64,000 nt of DNA, taken from assembly GCA_963842085.1 (NCBI GenBank), contig CAWJET010000002.1, positions 1,472,001 to 1,536,000 on the forward strand. Direction: 5' to 3'. Origin of the DNA: an uncultured delta proteobacterium. Its GTDB lineage: Bacteria > Desulfobacterota > Binatia > Binatales > Binataceae. The position numbers and the translations under genes were made by a program. Numbering within the stretch: the first letter of the stretch is position 1; the number at the start of each line of letters is the position of its first letter. The notes under the pieces are model-generated. The model ran no database searches and was not told the origin of the DNA. It saw nothing but the letters and a program-made list of their open reading frames with translations. This document shows, piece by piece, positions 37,116 through 47,649 of the stretch.

Positions 37116-39893
37116 ATGGACCATCTATACTTCGTCGTTCACACTCACTGGGATCGCGAGTGGTATCAGCCGTTTCAGCGGATGCGGGCGCGGCTGCTCA
37201 CGATGATGGACAAGATGCTCGCGCAGTTGGAGAGCGGCGCCCTCCCCTGCTTTCACTTCGACGGCCAGACGATCGTGCTCGAGGATTACCTCGAAGTGCG
37301 GCCCGACAGCGCGCGCCGAATTGCGAAGCTGGTGAAGGCGGGCAAGCTCCAGATCGGCCCGTGGTATTTGCTCGCGGACAGCTTCCTGGCCAGCGGCGAA
37401 TCGCTGATTCGCAATCTCGAGATCGGCACCCGTATCGCGCGGCGATTCGGCAAGTGCGCCGAGACCGGCTATCTGCCCGATCAATTCGGTCACGCCGCGC
37501 AGCTTCCGCAGATTCTCTCGGGCTTCGGGCTGAAGGCAGGAGCCGTTTTCCGCGGGGTGGGCCGCGAAGTGAATCGCAATCGATTCATCTGGGAGGCGCT
37601 CGACGGCAGCCCGATGTTCATGATCTTTCTGCCGTTCGGTTATTCCAACGGCGCCAGCCTGCCGACAGATTCGGCTGACGCATTGATCGCGCGAGCCAGC
37701 GAGATCGCCGCGCGCGAACGCGAGTTCTCGGCCGGCGCTCGTATCCTTGTGATGAACGGCAACGACCATGCGGAGCCCGATCCAGCGGTCTTCGCGCGCC
37801 TGAAGGAAGCATCCGGGCGCGCGCCGTTCACGGCCGAAGTCGGCACGCTCGACGAATACGCCAAGCGGCTTTCCGAGCTTCCCATCGATGGCACGCCCCA
37901 TGTGCGAGGTGAATTGCGATCGCCGGCGCGCTCGAATCTCACGCCGGGCGTCAGCTCGGCGCGGGCGTGGATAAAGCAGCGTGACTTCCAGAACTCGTAC
38001 CTGCTCGAGCGGATTGCCGATCCGCTGGCCGCGCTCGCTGGTCGACTGGAGCCGGCCGACGACCTGACCGCGCTGCTCGAGCTTGCCTGGCGTACGGAAA
38101 TTCAGAACCATCCGCACGACTCGATCTGCGGATGCTCGATCGACCAGGTCCACCAGGACATGCGCTACCGCTTCGATCAGGCCGCGATGATCGGCGAGAT
38201 CGTCGCGCGCCGCGCAGCGAATGTCGTGCTCTCATCGCGAAACGGCGGCGAGGCTGCGATCGCGGTGTTCAATCCGACCTTCGCCTGCCGCGCGCTCATC
38301 GCGGGCGAGACCGAAGTCGAGGATTCGCACGCGAGCTACGTCGCGCTCGGTAGCGACGGGCGCAGGATCCCTGTCGCGATCGACGTCGCGCGGCCGGCGC
38401 GGCCATTCGAAATCGAGCTCAAGGGCGCGGACTTCAAGGGCTTGATCACCGGCGTTCAAGTTATGGGCCAGTATGTGAACCGGTTCGAACTCGAACGCGC
38501 CGGCGACAACCGGTTCGAGCTCCGCATGTTCGTCAGCCGCAGTCCGGCGGGCGAGCTCGATCCGCACAGCTTTCGCCGGCGAATTCTCGAGGTGCCCGAC
38601 GAGGCGACTATTCGCATCCGCGCTACTGCCGCGGCACGAGCGCAAATTGCGTTCGTCGCCGACGCACTTACGCAGACAGGCTTCAGCCTTTATCGACTCG
38701 TCCGCTCGGACCAACTCGCAAATAGTGCGGCCGGTGCCGGCGAATCGATCGAAAACGAATACTTCAGGCTCAGGCCGTCGCCGCGTGGCTTGAAAATTGA
38801 AGATCTGAAAAACGACAAGGTCCTCGAAATTTATTTCGAAGATGACGGCGATCGCGGCGATGAATACAACTTCGACCCGGTGGCCGATTCGGCGCCAATC
38901 ACGACGCCCGCATCGATTGCCGCGCGCGTAGTCGAACGCGGACCGATGAGAAACCGCATCGCCCTCTCATCGGTTTACAGTCTCCCGAGCGCTCTCAGTA
39001 AAGATCGCAAGACGCGAGCGGCTGAGACCGTCGAGGTTCCGATTGAACTGACGGCCACCGTGTACGCAGGGCTGGAGCGCGTGGACTTCGAGGCAGTGAT
39101 CGACAATCGCGCGCGTGACCATCGCCTTCGCGTCGCGCTGTCCACGCCCATTGCAACTTCCGAATCAGTCTCCGACACGAATTTCGGTATCGTCCGCCGC
39201 TCGCTCGATCAAACCGAGCCGGCGGGCGCGACGGAAGATATTTACCCGACCGCGCCGCATCGGACGTTCACCGCGGCGCAATCCGCGGAGTTTTCGGCCG
39301 CCATTATGAGCCGTGGTATCTACGAGACCGAGGCCAAGCGCGACGCCGGCGGCACGACGATCCTGCTGACACTCCTGCGATGCGTTGGCTGGCTCTCGCG
39401 CGGGGACCTGAAGATGCGACGGGGCGACGCGGGTCCGGAATTCGAAACACCCGACGCGCAGGAAATCGGCGAGCATAGCTTTCAATTTGCCGTCACCACC
39501 TGGCGCGGTTCGTATGCCGACGCCGGCGTCGTCCAGCTAAGCCAGGCGTATGCGTATCCGCCGCGCGTGTTCCAGGCTCGCTCCGCGATGGAAGTGTCCG
39601 AGAATCGACTCTGCGCATGCGACAATCCGAAAGTGGTGTTTTCAACCGCGCGTACAAGCGAACGCGCCGGCGGCTACATCGTGCGCGCCTTCAGCGCTTC
39701 CGAGTCGCCGGAGAGCGCGCGATTTACCTTCGGCTCCGGCCGCAAAGCTCGACTGCTCGATCTCGCCGGCCGTCCGTTGAAGGGGATCAAGCGGAGGCGC
39801 CGCCGCGACGGTTCCATCGAGCTGAACCTGCGCCCCTTTCAGATCGTGACCTTCGAAGTTCGTTGGCCGCCGGCGAAGTCGCGTCAAACCTGA
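37116..39893 (+). CDS. GH38 alpha-mannosidase (MngB-like)
   Basis: HTHWDREWY, DGQTIVLEDY, IGPWY, YLPDQFGH, NHPHDSICGCS. Confidence 0.92.
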   Translation: MDHLYFVVHTHWDREWYQPFQRMRARLLTMMDKMLAQLESGALPCFHFDGQTIVLEDYLEVRPDSARRIAKLVKAGKLQIGPWYLLADSFLASGESLIRNLEIGTRIARRFGKCAETGYLPDQFGHAAQLPQILSGFGLKAGAVFRGVGREVNRNRFIWEALDGSPMFMIFLPFGYSNGASLPTDSADALIARASEIAAREREFSAGARILVMNGNDHAEPDPAVFARLKEASGRAPFTAEVGTLDEYAKRLSELPIDGTPHVRGELRSPARSNLTPGVSSARAWIKQRDFQNSYLLERIADPLAALAGRLEPADDLTALLELAWRTEIQNHPHDSICGCSIDQVHQDMRYRFDQAAMIGEIVARRAANVVLSSRNGGEAAIAVFNPTFACRALIAGETEVEDSHASYVALGSDGRRIPVAIDVARPARPFEIELKGADFKGLITGVQVMGQYVNRFELERAGDNRFELRMFVSRSPAGELDPHSFRRRILEVPDEATIRIRATAAARAQIAFVADALTQTGFSLYRLVRSDQLANSAAGAGESIENEYFRLRPSPRGLKIEDLKNDKVLEIYFEDDGDRGDEYNFDPVADSAPITTPASIAARVVERGPMRNRIALSSVYSLPSALSKDRKTRAAETVEVPIELTATVYAGLERVDFEAVIDNRARDHRLRVALSTPIATSESVSDTNFGIVRRSLDQTEPAGATEDIYPTAPHRTFTAAQSAEFSAAIMSRGIYETEAKRDAGGTTILLTLLRCVGWLSRGDLKMRRGDAGPEFETPDAQEIGEHSFQFAVTTWRGSYADAGVVQLSQAYAYPPRVFQARSAMEVSENRLCACDNPKVVFSTARTSERAGGYIVRAFSASESPESARFTFGSGRKARLLDLAGRPLKGIKRRRRRDGSIELNLRPFQIVTFEVRWPPAKSRQT

Positions 39894-40021
39894 ATCGCCG
39901 ATGCCTTCGCAGTTCCTCAAGTAACTGGGCTGGCACAAGCCGAAACATACAGTCATCCAGGGTCGGAAGAATCGTCGCCATCCCGCAGGTCGGCTACGAT
40001 CGTCCTGCCGCGCGATTCGCG

Positions 40022-41173
40022 TCAGGTGCTGCTGGCAGGCGCGGAGAGCTGCGTTTTGGTGTGCACGTAGCGCGTTACGCCGGTACGCGTGATGAGGCCA
40101 TCCAGCCTGCCCTGATCGACTACCAGCAGCCGTCCGATGTCCGCGGCCGCCATCTGCCGGATTGCATCGATGACGCCGGCGCCGGGAGCAATCTCGATTG
40201 TGCGATCGGCGGGCCGCATAACCTGGCTGATGCGCCTGCTCGCGCGCTCGGACGCGGGACACTCGCGCACCTGCGCAAGTGTCACGACGCCCAACACTTT
40301 TCCATCCGCGGCGACCGGAAAGCCGCCGAAACCGTAGCGCAGGAAATAGTTCTCGATGGCGCCGGCTACCGTTTCGTCGGGGCCGAGCACGATCGGATCG
40401 CGCACCATAATCTCGCGCACGTGCGCGCCGGACAGCGCCTGCTCGACGATCATGCTCTGGTAGCTCGAGGACGCGGCCATGCGCAGGAACAGCCCGATGA
40501 ATATCAGCCACAGCCCGCCGATCAGCGCGCCCGCGAAGATCTCCATCGCGCCGAACACGATCAGTCCCCACGCGATCGTGGTGCCCCAGTTGGCCGCTGC
40601 GGCGGTAGCGCGGCGCAAATCTCCCCAGCGCATCCACAACGCTGCGCGCAGCAGGCGGCCTCCGTCGAGCGGAAATCCGGGCAGCAGGTTGAACAGTGCG
40701 AGGGCGAGATTGATGAAGGCGAGATAGGAGAAGACCGCTTTCCACAGCGTCGTCGCCCCAGCCGCGCCGATCCCACGCGCGATCAGCCAGAAGATTCCCG
40801 CCATCACCAGCGAGCTGAACGGACCCACCGCGGCGATCTTGAGCTCATCGAGCCCGCTCTTGGGCTCGTGCTCCAGCTCCGCCATTCCGCCGAAGATGAA
40901 CAACGTGATCCGGTGCACCTCCTCGCCGAGCCGGTTCCCCATCGCGGCGTGGCACAGTTCGTGGCCGAGCACCGAGCCAAAGAATAGGATGGTCGCAACC
41001 AGTCCCACCAGCCAGTAACTGCCGGTCGAATAGCCGGGATACTGCCCGGGGAAATATCCCGCGGCCAGCGACCACAGGATCAGCGCGAAGATGATCAGCC
41101 AGGAGTAGTCGATGGCGACCTGGATGCCCGCCACCTTGAAGAGCTCGATCGCACCCTTGCGCTCCGCCGCCAT
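40022..41173 (-). CDS. Site-2 protease (M50) with a CBS pair
   Basis: HELCH, FNLLPGFPLDGG, two C-terminal CBS domains. Confidence 0.92.
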   Translation of the reverse strand: MAAERKGAIELFKVAGIQVAIDYSWLIIFALILWSLAAGYFPGQYPGYSTGSYWLVGLVATILFFGSVLGHELCHAAMGNRLGEEVHRITLFIFGGMAELEHEPKSGLDELKIAAVGPFSSLVMAGIFWLIARGIGAAGATTLWKAVFSYLAFINLALALFNLLPGFPLDGGRLLRAALWMRWGDLRRATAAAANWGTTIAWGLIVFGAMEIFAGALIGGLWLIFIGLFLRMAASSSYQSMIVEQALSGAHVREIMVRDPIVLGPDETVAGAIENYFLRYGFGGFPVAADGKVLGVVTLAQVRECPASERASRRISQVMRPADRTIEIAPGAGVIDAIRQMAAADIGRLLVVDQGRLDGLITRTGVTRYVHTKTQLSAPASST

Positions 41174-41359
41174 AGAAACCTCCGCGTGACACCGCGAGCC
41201 TCCTCGCTTGCCGACAGGAGTCTATCGCACGCCATTGTTGGCGGGAAATTATCCAGCTCCCTAACGGTACGAAAATCTCGCGGAGAGGAAGGGACGCGGA
41301 ACAGTCCTGGCTCCGCCCGGCGCGCCGGAATCGACGCGCCGGCCACGGCGTCGCTCGTC

Positions 41360-41647
41360 TTACATCGCCATGGGCGCTTTCTTGCCAACGTGACCGCCCT
41401 TGGCCACGCAGGATTTGACGTCAGTTGTCACGATGTAACCTTTGCCCTTGCACGAATTCTTGCCCTGGCAATCGCTCAGCGCGGTCTTGCATGCGCTCTG
41501 CCCTTTGCACGCGTTCGCACCCAAGCATTTGATTTGTGCCGCCTGCGTGGACGGGCTCGGCACGTCCGCGGCGCTTGCTACGCTGGCGGTGAATGCCAAT
41601 GCGACGGCCGTCGCCAGCACTGCTCCTGCTATCCTCGTCGTCTTCAT
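41360..41647 (-). CDS. Secreted six-Cys peptide, BufA2 (bufferin)-like precursor
   Basis: AGGAGA RBS, Sec signal ending ASA, C-x-G-x-N-x-CKG-x-S-x-CK..C-x-GKNSCKGKG..C...GG. Confidence 0.8.
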   Translation of the reverse strand: MKTTRIAGAVLATAVALAFTASVASAADVPSPSTQAAQIKCLGANACKGQSACKTALSDCQGKNSCKGKGYIVTTDVKSCVAKGGHVGKKAPMAM

Positions 41648-41758
41648 CAGATGGTCTCCTTTCCAGTTTTGCCGGGAAATCCAGCAGTACCATTCCATCC
41701 AACCGATGTCACGAAAACCGAGAGGCGAACGGCGCACTCTCGATTCCTGACCCAGGCG

Positions 41759-42376
41759 TCATTTCCTGGCGATTGCGATGCCACGGTACATCGTGGCGTG
41801 GGTCCTCGGCATTCCCGCGATCACATAGCGGTCGAGCCGCGCGAGCTCGAGTCCGGCATCGGCGATGAGCCGATCGATGCGCCGGGTAAGATGGCATCCG
41901 CGACCGATCACGCGCTGAATGGGATCCAGTCGCCACTGCCACTTCGCGACCATGGGTTCCTCGCTCAGGCCATGCTCGGCGAACAGGAACGAGCCGCCCG
42001 GCTTGAGCACCCGGCGCACCTCGCGCAGCGCCGCCGCCGCGTCGGGAATCGTGCACAAGGCGAAAGTGCTTACCGCGCAATCGAACCTGCTGTCTTCGAA
42101 CGGCAAGTGCTCGGCGCTGAGCTTCGCGCGTTCGACCGGAAAGCGGGCGGCGGCGATACGCTCCGCGACTCGTTTCGGCATCAGGTCTTCGGGATCGACC
42201 ACGGTGAGCCGCTTCACCGCAGCCGGAAAATAAGGAAGGTTCAGCCCGGTGCCGAATCCGAGTTCGACAACGTCGCCGTGCGCGTCTTTCAGGGCCGGCG
42301 GCCGCTCGCGCGCGATTACTTTGGAGCTCATGGTCCAGTCGAGGAAGAAGCCGAATATTTTGTCGGACAGAGCCAT
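41759..42376 (-). CDS. Class I SAM-dependent methyltransferase (METTL7/Methyltransf_11-like)
   Basis: ELGFGTGLN, LPFEDSRFD, LCTIPD, RVLKPGG, GCHLTR. Confidence 0.88.
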   Translation of the reverse strand: MALSDKIFGFFLDWTMSSKVIARERPPALKDAHGDVVELGFGTGLNLPYFPAAVKRLTVVDPEDLMPKRVAERIAAARFPVERAKLSAEHLPFEDSRFDCAVSTFALCTIPDAAAALREVRRVLKPGGSFLFAEHGLSEEPMVAKWQWRLDPIQRVIGRGCHLTRRIDRLIADAGLELARLDRYVIAGMPRTHATMYRGIAIARK

Positions 42377-42497
42377 GCGAGTCTTGTATCAAACGCCAGG
42401 CGCGCAGACTAAACCGACTTCAGCCAACAAACGCCGGTAGTCTGATCGGACGATGCGTCGCAGCCGGCGCGTCGCCACGCTCCGCGCGGAGGACTCG

Positions 42498-42943
42498 ATG
42501 AGCGCCGGCGCCACCACTCCAATTCCCGAAGGCAAGTACGCTCGAACCGACGGCGGGCTGTCGCTCCGATGGACACCGAATCGATGCGTCGGTTACTGAC
42601 GCTGCAACTGCACGATCCGTCGCACATCACAGCGGAGTTGCTCGCCGAACGCGTCGGCGTTTGCGCGACGCAGCCGCGCACGGTGCTATCGACGATGCGC
42701 GTGCCCAACATGGCCGAACGGCTCGGTGAGATCCGCTGCCTGGTGCTGGGCTTCTGGGGAATCAACGATCGTTTCAATCCCGTCGGCGGCGCGATGAAAA
42801 TTCTTGAGCGATGCCCGCAGGCGCGCTTCGTGATCCTGAATCGATGCGGTCACTGGCTGATGGTCGAGAGTTGCGAGCTGTTCAATCGCACTTGCCTCGA
42901 CTTCCTCCGCAACGGCCAGCTCAGTCCGGAAAGCGCACCCTGA
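42498..42943 (+). pseudogene. Internally deleted HsaD/BphD/TesD-like meta-cleavage hydrolase
   Basis: GGAGG RBS plus N-terminus MSAGATTPIPEGKYARTDGGLSL joined out of frame near 42567 to the C-terminal part (WGINDRF, CGHW, FNRTCLDFL); the Ser-nucleophile region is missing. Confidence 0.7.
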
Positions 42944-42980
42944 CTGACGCGCTGTCGGCAATCGCCTGGCACGCCAGTAT

Positions 42981-43330
42981 TCAACCTTGCTTCCGGTGCG
43001 GGGCGAAGTGGCCGGCGGGCGCCCTGACTTCGATCGTGTCGCCCGCTTTGATTCGCTCGCATATCCAGTTGGATACGCGGCCTTGCGCGACGCGCTTGAC
43101 GGTGACGCGTGGCGGCTCGTCGACAAGCGGGCAGCTCGCGAGCGAATAACAGCGCAGCAGGTGGCGCCCGTCATGAGCTTGCGCAGAGTTAGAAACTGTC
43201 CCGGACGATAGCGAAACGCCTCCGCGTGCTCCGGCGGGATTTCAAAAACGATCGACTTCGCATCGGCGGTATCGTCGATCACCTCGCGAACGCGCAGAGA
43301 GTAGTAAGCAGGCTCGGTCACGACGCTCAT
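42981..43330 (-). pseudogene. KshB/PaaE-like ferredoxin reductase fragment
   Basis: YRPGQFLTLR, frameshift near 43178, then RCYSLAS..VTVKRV..GRVSNW..APAGHF; NAD-binding and 2Fe-2S domains absent. Confidence 0.8.
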
Positions 43331-43337
43331 CAAAAGC

Positions 43338-44090
43338 TCAATGCGCGTTCGTGATCCGCAGTTGCGATCCGCTGATGAAACGCGACTCGTCGGAAATCAG
43401 AAAAAGCACCAGGTTCGCGATGTCTCGGGGATCGCAAAAGCGCGACGTCGGGTCGGCGTCGTAGCTCACGCGCGCGGGGTCGGGATTGCCCATCAGCGGG
43501 AGCACCATCGGCGTCAGCACGCCGTCGGGATGGATCGAATTGCAGCGAATCCGGTAGCCGCAACTCTTGCAGTGGACAGCGACACTGCGCGTGAGCGCCG
43601 CCACCGAGCCTTTTGAGCCGCTGTACGACACGGCGAAGGGCAGGCCTTCCGCAGCTACCGACGACATGTTGACGATCGAGCCTCCGCCGCTCGACTTCAT
43701 CGCCGCAACGCCGAACTTGCAACCAAGAAAGTAGCCGTCCGCGTTGACGCGATGCACTTTCTGCCATTGCTCGAGCGTGGCGTCCTCAATCGATCCCATG
43801 ACGAGGACGCCGGCATTGTTGACGAGCCCGTCGAGCCGGCCAAATCGCTCGTGCGTCGCCGCCATCACGGCCTTCCAGTTGTCCTCGCTCGAGATATCGT
43901 GGCGGACGAACATAGCGGCATCGCCGACTTTGCGTGCGAGTGCGCGGCCGCCGTCCTCGTTGAGGTCGGTGATTACAACGCGAGCGCCTTCGCTCGCGAG
44001 CAGGAGCGCATCCTGCATCCCGATGCCGCTCGCGCCACCTGTGACCATCACGACTTTTCCCTGAACGCGTCCCATTCGGTCGGTTCCCAT
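43338..44090 (-). CDS. SDR, 3-beta/17-beta-hydroxysteroid dehydrogenase-like
   Basis: TGGASGIG, LVNNAG, YSGSK, HCKSCGYRIRCNSIHPDG resembling the Comamonas enzyme. Confidence 0.8.
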   Translation of the reverse strand: MGTDRMGRVQGKVVMVTGGASGIGMQDALLLASEGARVVITDLNEDGGRALARKVGDAAMFVRHDISSEDNWKAVMAATHERFGRLDGLVNNAGVLVMGSIEDATLEQWQKVHRVNADGYFLGCKFGVAAMKSSGGGSIVNMSSVAAEGLPFAVSYSGSKGSVAALTRSVAVHCKSCGYRIRCNSIHPDGVLTPMVLPLMGNPDPARVSYDADPTSRFCDPRDIANLVLFLISDESRFISGSQLRITNAH

Positions 44091-44098
44091 CGTGGATT

Positions 44099-44782
44099 CT
44101 AAACCATCGCTTTAACTTTTTTTTCGCTTCGCATTTTGGATGCAGCAGCGGAGCCGGCGCCGGCGGCATGCACGCTCTGGCGCAGCGCGCGAAACAGCGT
44201 CGCTCCCGACAACCCGGCGCCTTTGACGCGATGCTCGCGCGGGGCAGGCGGATGTTTGCCTGCATACTCCTTAATGGTCTCGTTGCCCGAAAAATAAAGG
44301 TAGTAGCTGTCGGCAGGATACGAGGTCTTGCACGGCGGCACGGTGGAATCGAACTCGACGCCATGCGCCTCGAGCCATTCGATCATCTCGACGCTGCGGT
44401 CGCAGAAGTCGCGCAGCGTCGCGCGCTCGACCGCATCGCCGACTTCCATGTACAGGTACTCGTACATCGCTTCGGGCGAGTCGTCGTAGCCGGCGGCCTT
44501 CTGAAATCGCGTGCCACCGCCCGCATACACGACGCCGCCGCTCTTGGCGCTCGCGCCGCCGCCGCCGAAGCGATCAGTTACGATAACGGCGGCGCCCGCA
44601 TTTGCAGCCTCGATCGCTGCGCAAGCGCCCGCGGCGCCGAAGCCGACCACAAGCACGTCGCAGTGATCGTCCCACGCGATAGATTGATCGCCGTCGGCGC
44701 TGATCGGCGCGCCAATCGGGGTCGCTCCCGAATCGCTCGCGTCGATCGATGTGTCAGGTCCGATGCTGGACGTTGGAAGCAC
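44099..44782 (-). pseudogene. 3'-truncated FAD-dependent 3-ketosteroid (delta4-5alpha, TesI-like) dehydrogenase
   Basis: DVLVVGFGAAG, GGASAKSGGVVYAGGGT, KTSYP..YLYFSGNE; similarity ends near 44160, well short of the >500 aa typical of the family. Confidence 0.75.
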
Positions 44783-44788
44783 CCTCTT

Positions 44789-45640
44789 CTATTCGATTAC
44801 TATCGGCGAAAATTCGGTTGGGGGACCCAAATAGCCGCGGCCCGACGGCGGATTGCTGCCATCGATGTCCTTGACGCCATAGCGATCCGCGAGTTCGGCT
44901 GAGAAAAATGTCTGCCCGGTCAATTCCATGCGCCTGGGATCGTTGTAGAGCGCGTCGATGATGCGGCCGCCGAACTCGGGCGACTCGGCGACTGCCAGCA
45001 TCGGTCCGTACTTCGACCGGTTGGCGTCGATCATCATCACCTTCTCGGTCTTCACCAGGCCGAGCCACACGGAGACAACCGCAACGTTGTACGGTTTGAA
45101 GTCGTGCGCCATGTCGTGTGACATCTTGTCGACTCCGGCCTTGGCGGCGCCGTAGGCCGGCCGGTGCACATACGCCTTTGCGCCCGGTGACGACGAGTTG
45201 AACACCACGCCGCCGTTGCGAATGAGCATCGGCGCCGCGAGCCAGGTCGCGACGTAGTTGGAGCGCAGCCCGACATCGAGCACCTTCACAAAATCCAGCG
45301 GCTTGCTCCAGAACGGCCCGGACTCGGTGAGCCCGTTGGGAATCGCGGTGGCGTTGTTGACCAGGATGTCGAGTCGCCCCGACTCATCCTCGATTCGCTT
45401 GAACAGCGCACGCACCTGGTCGTCGTCGCTATGATCGCAGACCACGGCGACTCCACGTCCGCCGCGCTTCGTGACTTCCTCGGCGGTAGCGAACACGGTA
45501 CCGGCGAAGGGATTGTCGCCGGCTTTTCCGCTGCGGCCCGTAATGTAGACGGTCGCGCCGGCCGCGCCCAACGCGATCGCGATACCCTTGCCGACTCCCA
45601 GGCTCGCACCGGTTACGAGCGCAACGCGATCTTTCAGCAT
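44789..45640 (-). CDS. SDR oxidoreductase (DHRS1-like)
   Basis: TGASLGVG, LDILVNNA, YGAAKAGVDK, AESPEFGGR. Confidence 0.88.
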   Translation of the reverse strand: MLKDRVALVTGASLGVGKGIAIALGAAGATVYITGRSGKAGDNPFAGTVFATAEEVTKRGGRGVAVVCDHSDDDQVRALFKRIEDESGRLDILVNNATAIPNGLTESGPFWSKPLDFVKVLDVGLRSNYVATWLAAPMLIRNGGVVFNSSSPGAKAYVHRPAYGAAKAGVDKMSHDMAHDFKPYNVAVVSVWLGLVKTEKVMMIDANRSKYGPMLAVAESPEFGGRIIDALYNDPRRMELTGQTFFSAELADRYGVKDIDGSNPPSGRGYLGPPTEFSPIVIE

Positions 45641-45828
45641 CTTAAACTCCCGTCACGCCGCGAAACCGGCGTCCCGAGAGAGGCAGAATTTTAAATCGCG
45701 CGCGAGAAAAGGTCCGTCTGGCCCTCTGCTGCCGCACGTGCTCGAGGATCGATCTAATAGTTGAGACCGTCTGCTCGACCAGCGAGCAATTTGATCAACG
45801 GGCGCAATGACGGAACCGATCGGCGCAG

Positions 45829-46620
45829 CTAGGCAGTCGCGCTCTCGCGAATCGTAAGCCAGTCGGTGCGCACCTTGTCCCATTCCTGGATGAGCACTCC
45901 GTGCTGCTCGAAGAACTCGCGGACCTGGGTCGGCTCGTAGCCCGCGATGTCCTCGAGAATTGGCACCAGGACACTGAGCGCATCGTCACTGACGACGGTC
46001 CGTTTTGCGATCTGTGCGATGTGTTTGGCCTCCGAGGCGGCCAGCGTGAAGCCGCCGCGATGGTTTACGTGGAGTATCACGTGGATGTCCGAGCTGCCGT
46101 CGCCCACATACACGACGTGATCGCTCGGCAGTTCGAGCGCAACCTGCAGCTCGTCGACCGCGGCGACCTTTCCGTAACCGGCCGGAACACGGACGATCGA
46201 CTCGATCTCGCCCGACTGCTCGTCATACTGGAAGCGGGTTCCAATAATGTTTCCCGGCGGCAGGATCCCCTGCAACGCGGAGCACACCATTTCCTCGGGC
46301 GCGGCCGACACCACGAAAAAATCGAAGTGATATCCCTCGATTCCGCTGTCGAGCAGTTGCGCGAGCAACGCAATGTTTCGCTTGAGGCGAACACGGTGGC
46401 CCACCTCGATCAGGTCCTGCCTACGGACGCGGCGAAATTCGGGATCATGTCGCAACAGGTAGGCGAGTTCGCCGCCCTGCTGCACCAGGTTTAAGCGCGA
46501 AAGACCGGAGACTTTCTCACCGAATCCAGGGATCCCCAGCATTTCGCACAACACGATGCCAGAATCCTTGAAGCTCAACGTCTGATCGAAATCACTCGCG
46601 AGCAGATATTTCTTCGTCAT
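45829..46620 (-). CDS. HAD-superfamily hydrolase
   Basis: DFDQT, VSA, GK, GDGSSD; GAGGAGG RBS. Confidence 0.85.
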   Translation of the reverse strand: MTKKYLLASDFDQTLSFKDSGIVLCEMLGIPGFGEKVSGLSRLNLVQQGGELAYLLRHDPEFRRVRRQDLIEVGHRVRLKRNIALLAQLLDSGIEGYHFDFFVVSAAPEEMVCSALQGILPPGNIIGTRFQYDEQSGEIESIVRVPAGYGKVAAVDELQVALELPSDHVVYVGDGSSDIHVILHVNHRGGFTLAASEAKHIAQIAKRTVVSDDALSVLVPILEDIAGYEPTQVREFFEQHGVLIQEWDKVRTDWLTIRESATA

Positions 46621-46713
46621 CTTCCAAGCACCTCCTCAACCGAAACCGCGCCGCCCCACCGGGTTCAGCCGCCATCGAGTTCTCAAGCCCCGCTCCGCGT
46701 TACTGTGGTCGAT

Positions 46714-46730
46714 CGCAATCCGTGGGCCAT
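46714..46730 (-). promoter_or_regulatory. Candidate sigma-54 (-24/-12) promoter of the HAD gene
   Basis: Minus strand ATGGCCCACGGATTGCG, GG-N10-GC. Confidence 0.55.
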
Positions 46731-47154
46731 CTAGTACGGCCCACCAAGGAACTGAGTTGAGCGAGCGTGAGTAATTTGGAAATCCCAACAACCGGTGGCG
46801 GCGAGATTCGCGACTCAGCCCCGTAACGCGGCTTGACGGCCTGCCAACGCGATCGCGACACGTCGTCTGAACGCTCGTGGCGCTGCCGTCATACGAGGCT
46901 TGAATCTATATTAACCATGCATCCGGCCGCCCACTAGCTTCGATAGACCTCGAATCCATTAATAAAACATGCAACTCGAATAAGAATGTCAGCCAGTCGC
47001 GAGGCCGGATCGCACGAGGCAATTGGCCTATTGCGAATATCCAGACAAAGGGGTCGCCATTATCGACGTTAGGCGTGCCCGAGATGTATCGTGAACGGAA
47101 GCCGAGACGACAGCGCCCCTTATGGCCCTGAGATTAAGGCCCGGAGATCGAAAC

Positions 47155-47613
47155 ATGGGCACAAAGGTTTCGTCGCTCCTGAAGCGCAAAGGTCATGATG
47201 TTGTCACCGTCACGCCGCGCCAGACAATCGCGTCGGTGGTCGAAGTGCTCACCCAAAATCGGGTCGGAGCCGCGCCGGTGGTGAACGAGGAAGGTCAACT
47301 CATAGGGATCATCTCCGAGCGCGACATCATCCGCGGGACGTCGGAACATGCGGACGCGGTGCTGACACTCCCGGCCGAGGATCTGATGACCCGCGCCGTG
47401 CTGACCTGCTCGTCCGAGGACGAACTCGTCGAGATCATGCAGGTGATGACACTGCAACGTATTCGGCATTTGCCAGTTGTTCAGAATGGAGCACTTCAGG
47501 GAATTGTCACCATCGGTGACGTCGTGAAGCAGCGTCTCGAAGAGGTCCAGTCCGAAGCGGAGGAACTCGGTCTGAAAAGAGCGCTGGTTCGGTGGTCTGA
47601 AGAAAAAGATTGA
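47155..47613 (+). CDS. CBS-pair protein, copy 1
   Basis: GIISERDIIR, RIRHLPVV..GIVTIGDVVK. Confidence 0.9.
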   Translation: MGTKVSSLLKRKGHDVVTVTPRQTIASVVEVLTQNRVGAAPVVNEEGQLIGIISERDIIRGTSEHADAVLTLPAEDLMTRAVLTCSSEDELVEIMQVMTLQRIRHLPVVQNGALQGIVTIGDVVKQRLEEVQSEAEELGLKRALVRWSEEKD

Positions 47614-47649
47614 GGAGTTTGCTCAGATCTAGAGCCAGGAGGTCGAAAG

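Noticed and set aside
41678-41705. ECF-sigma-like promoter (GTGACA-N16-GTAC, minus strand) before the Cys-rich peptide
   Set aside because: Plausible, but it does not match a consensus I can name confidently
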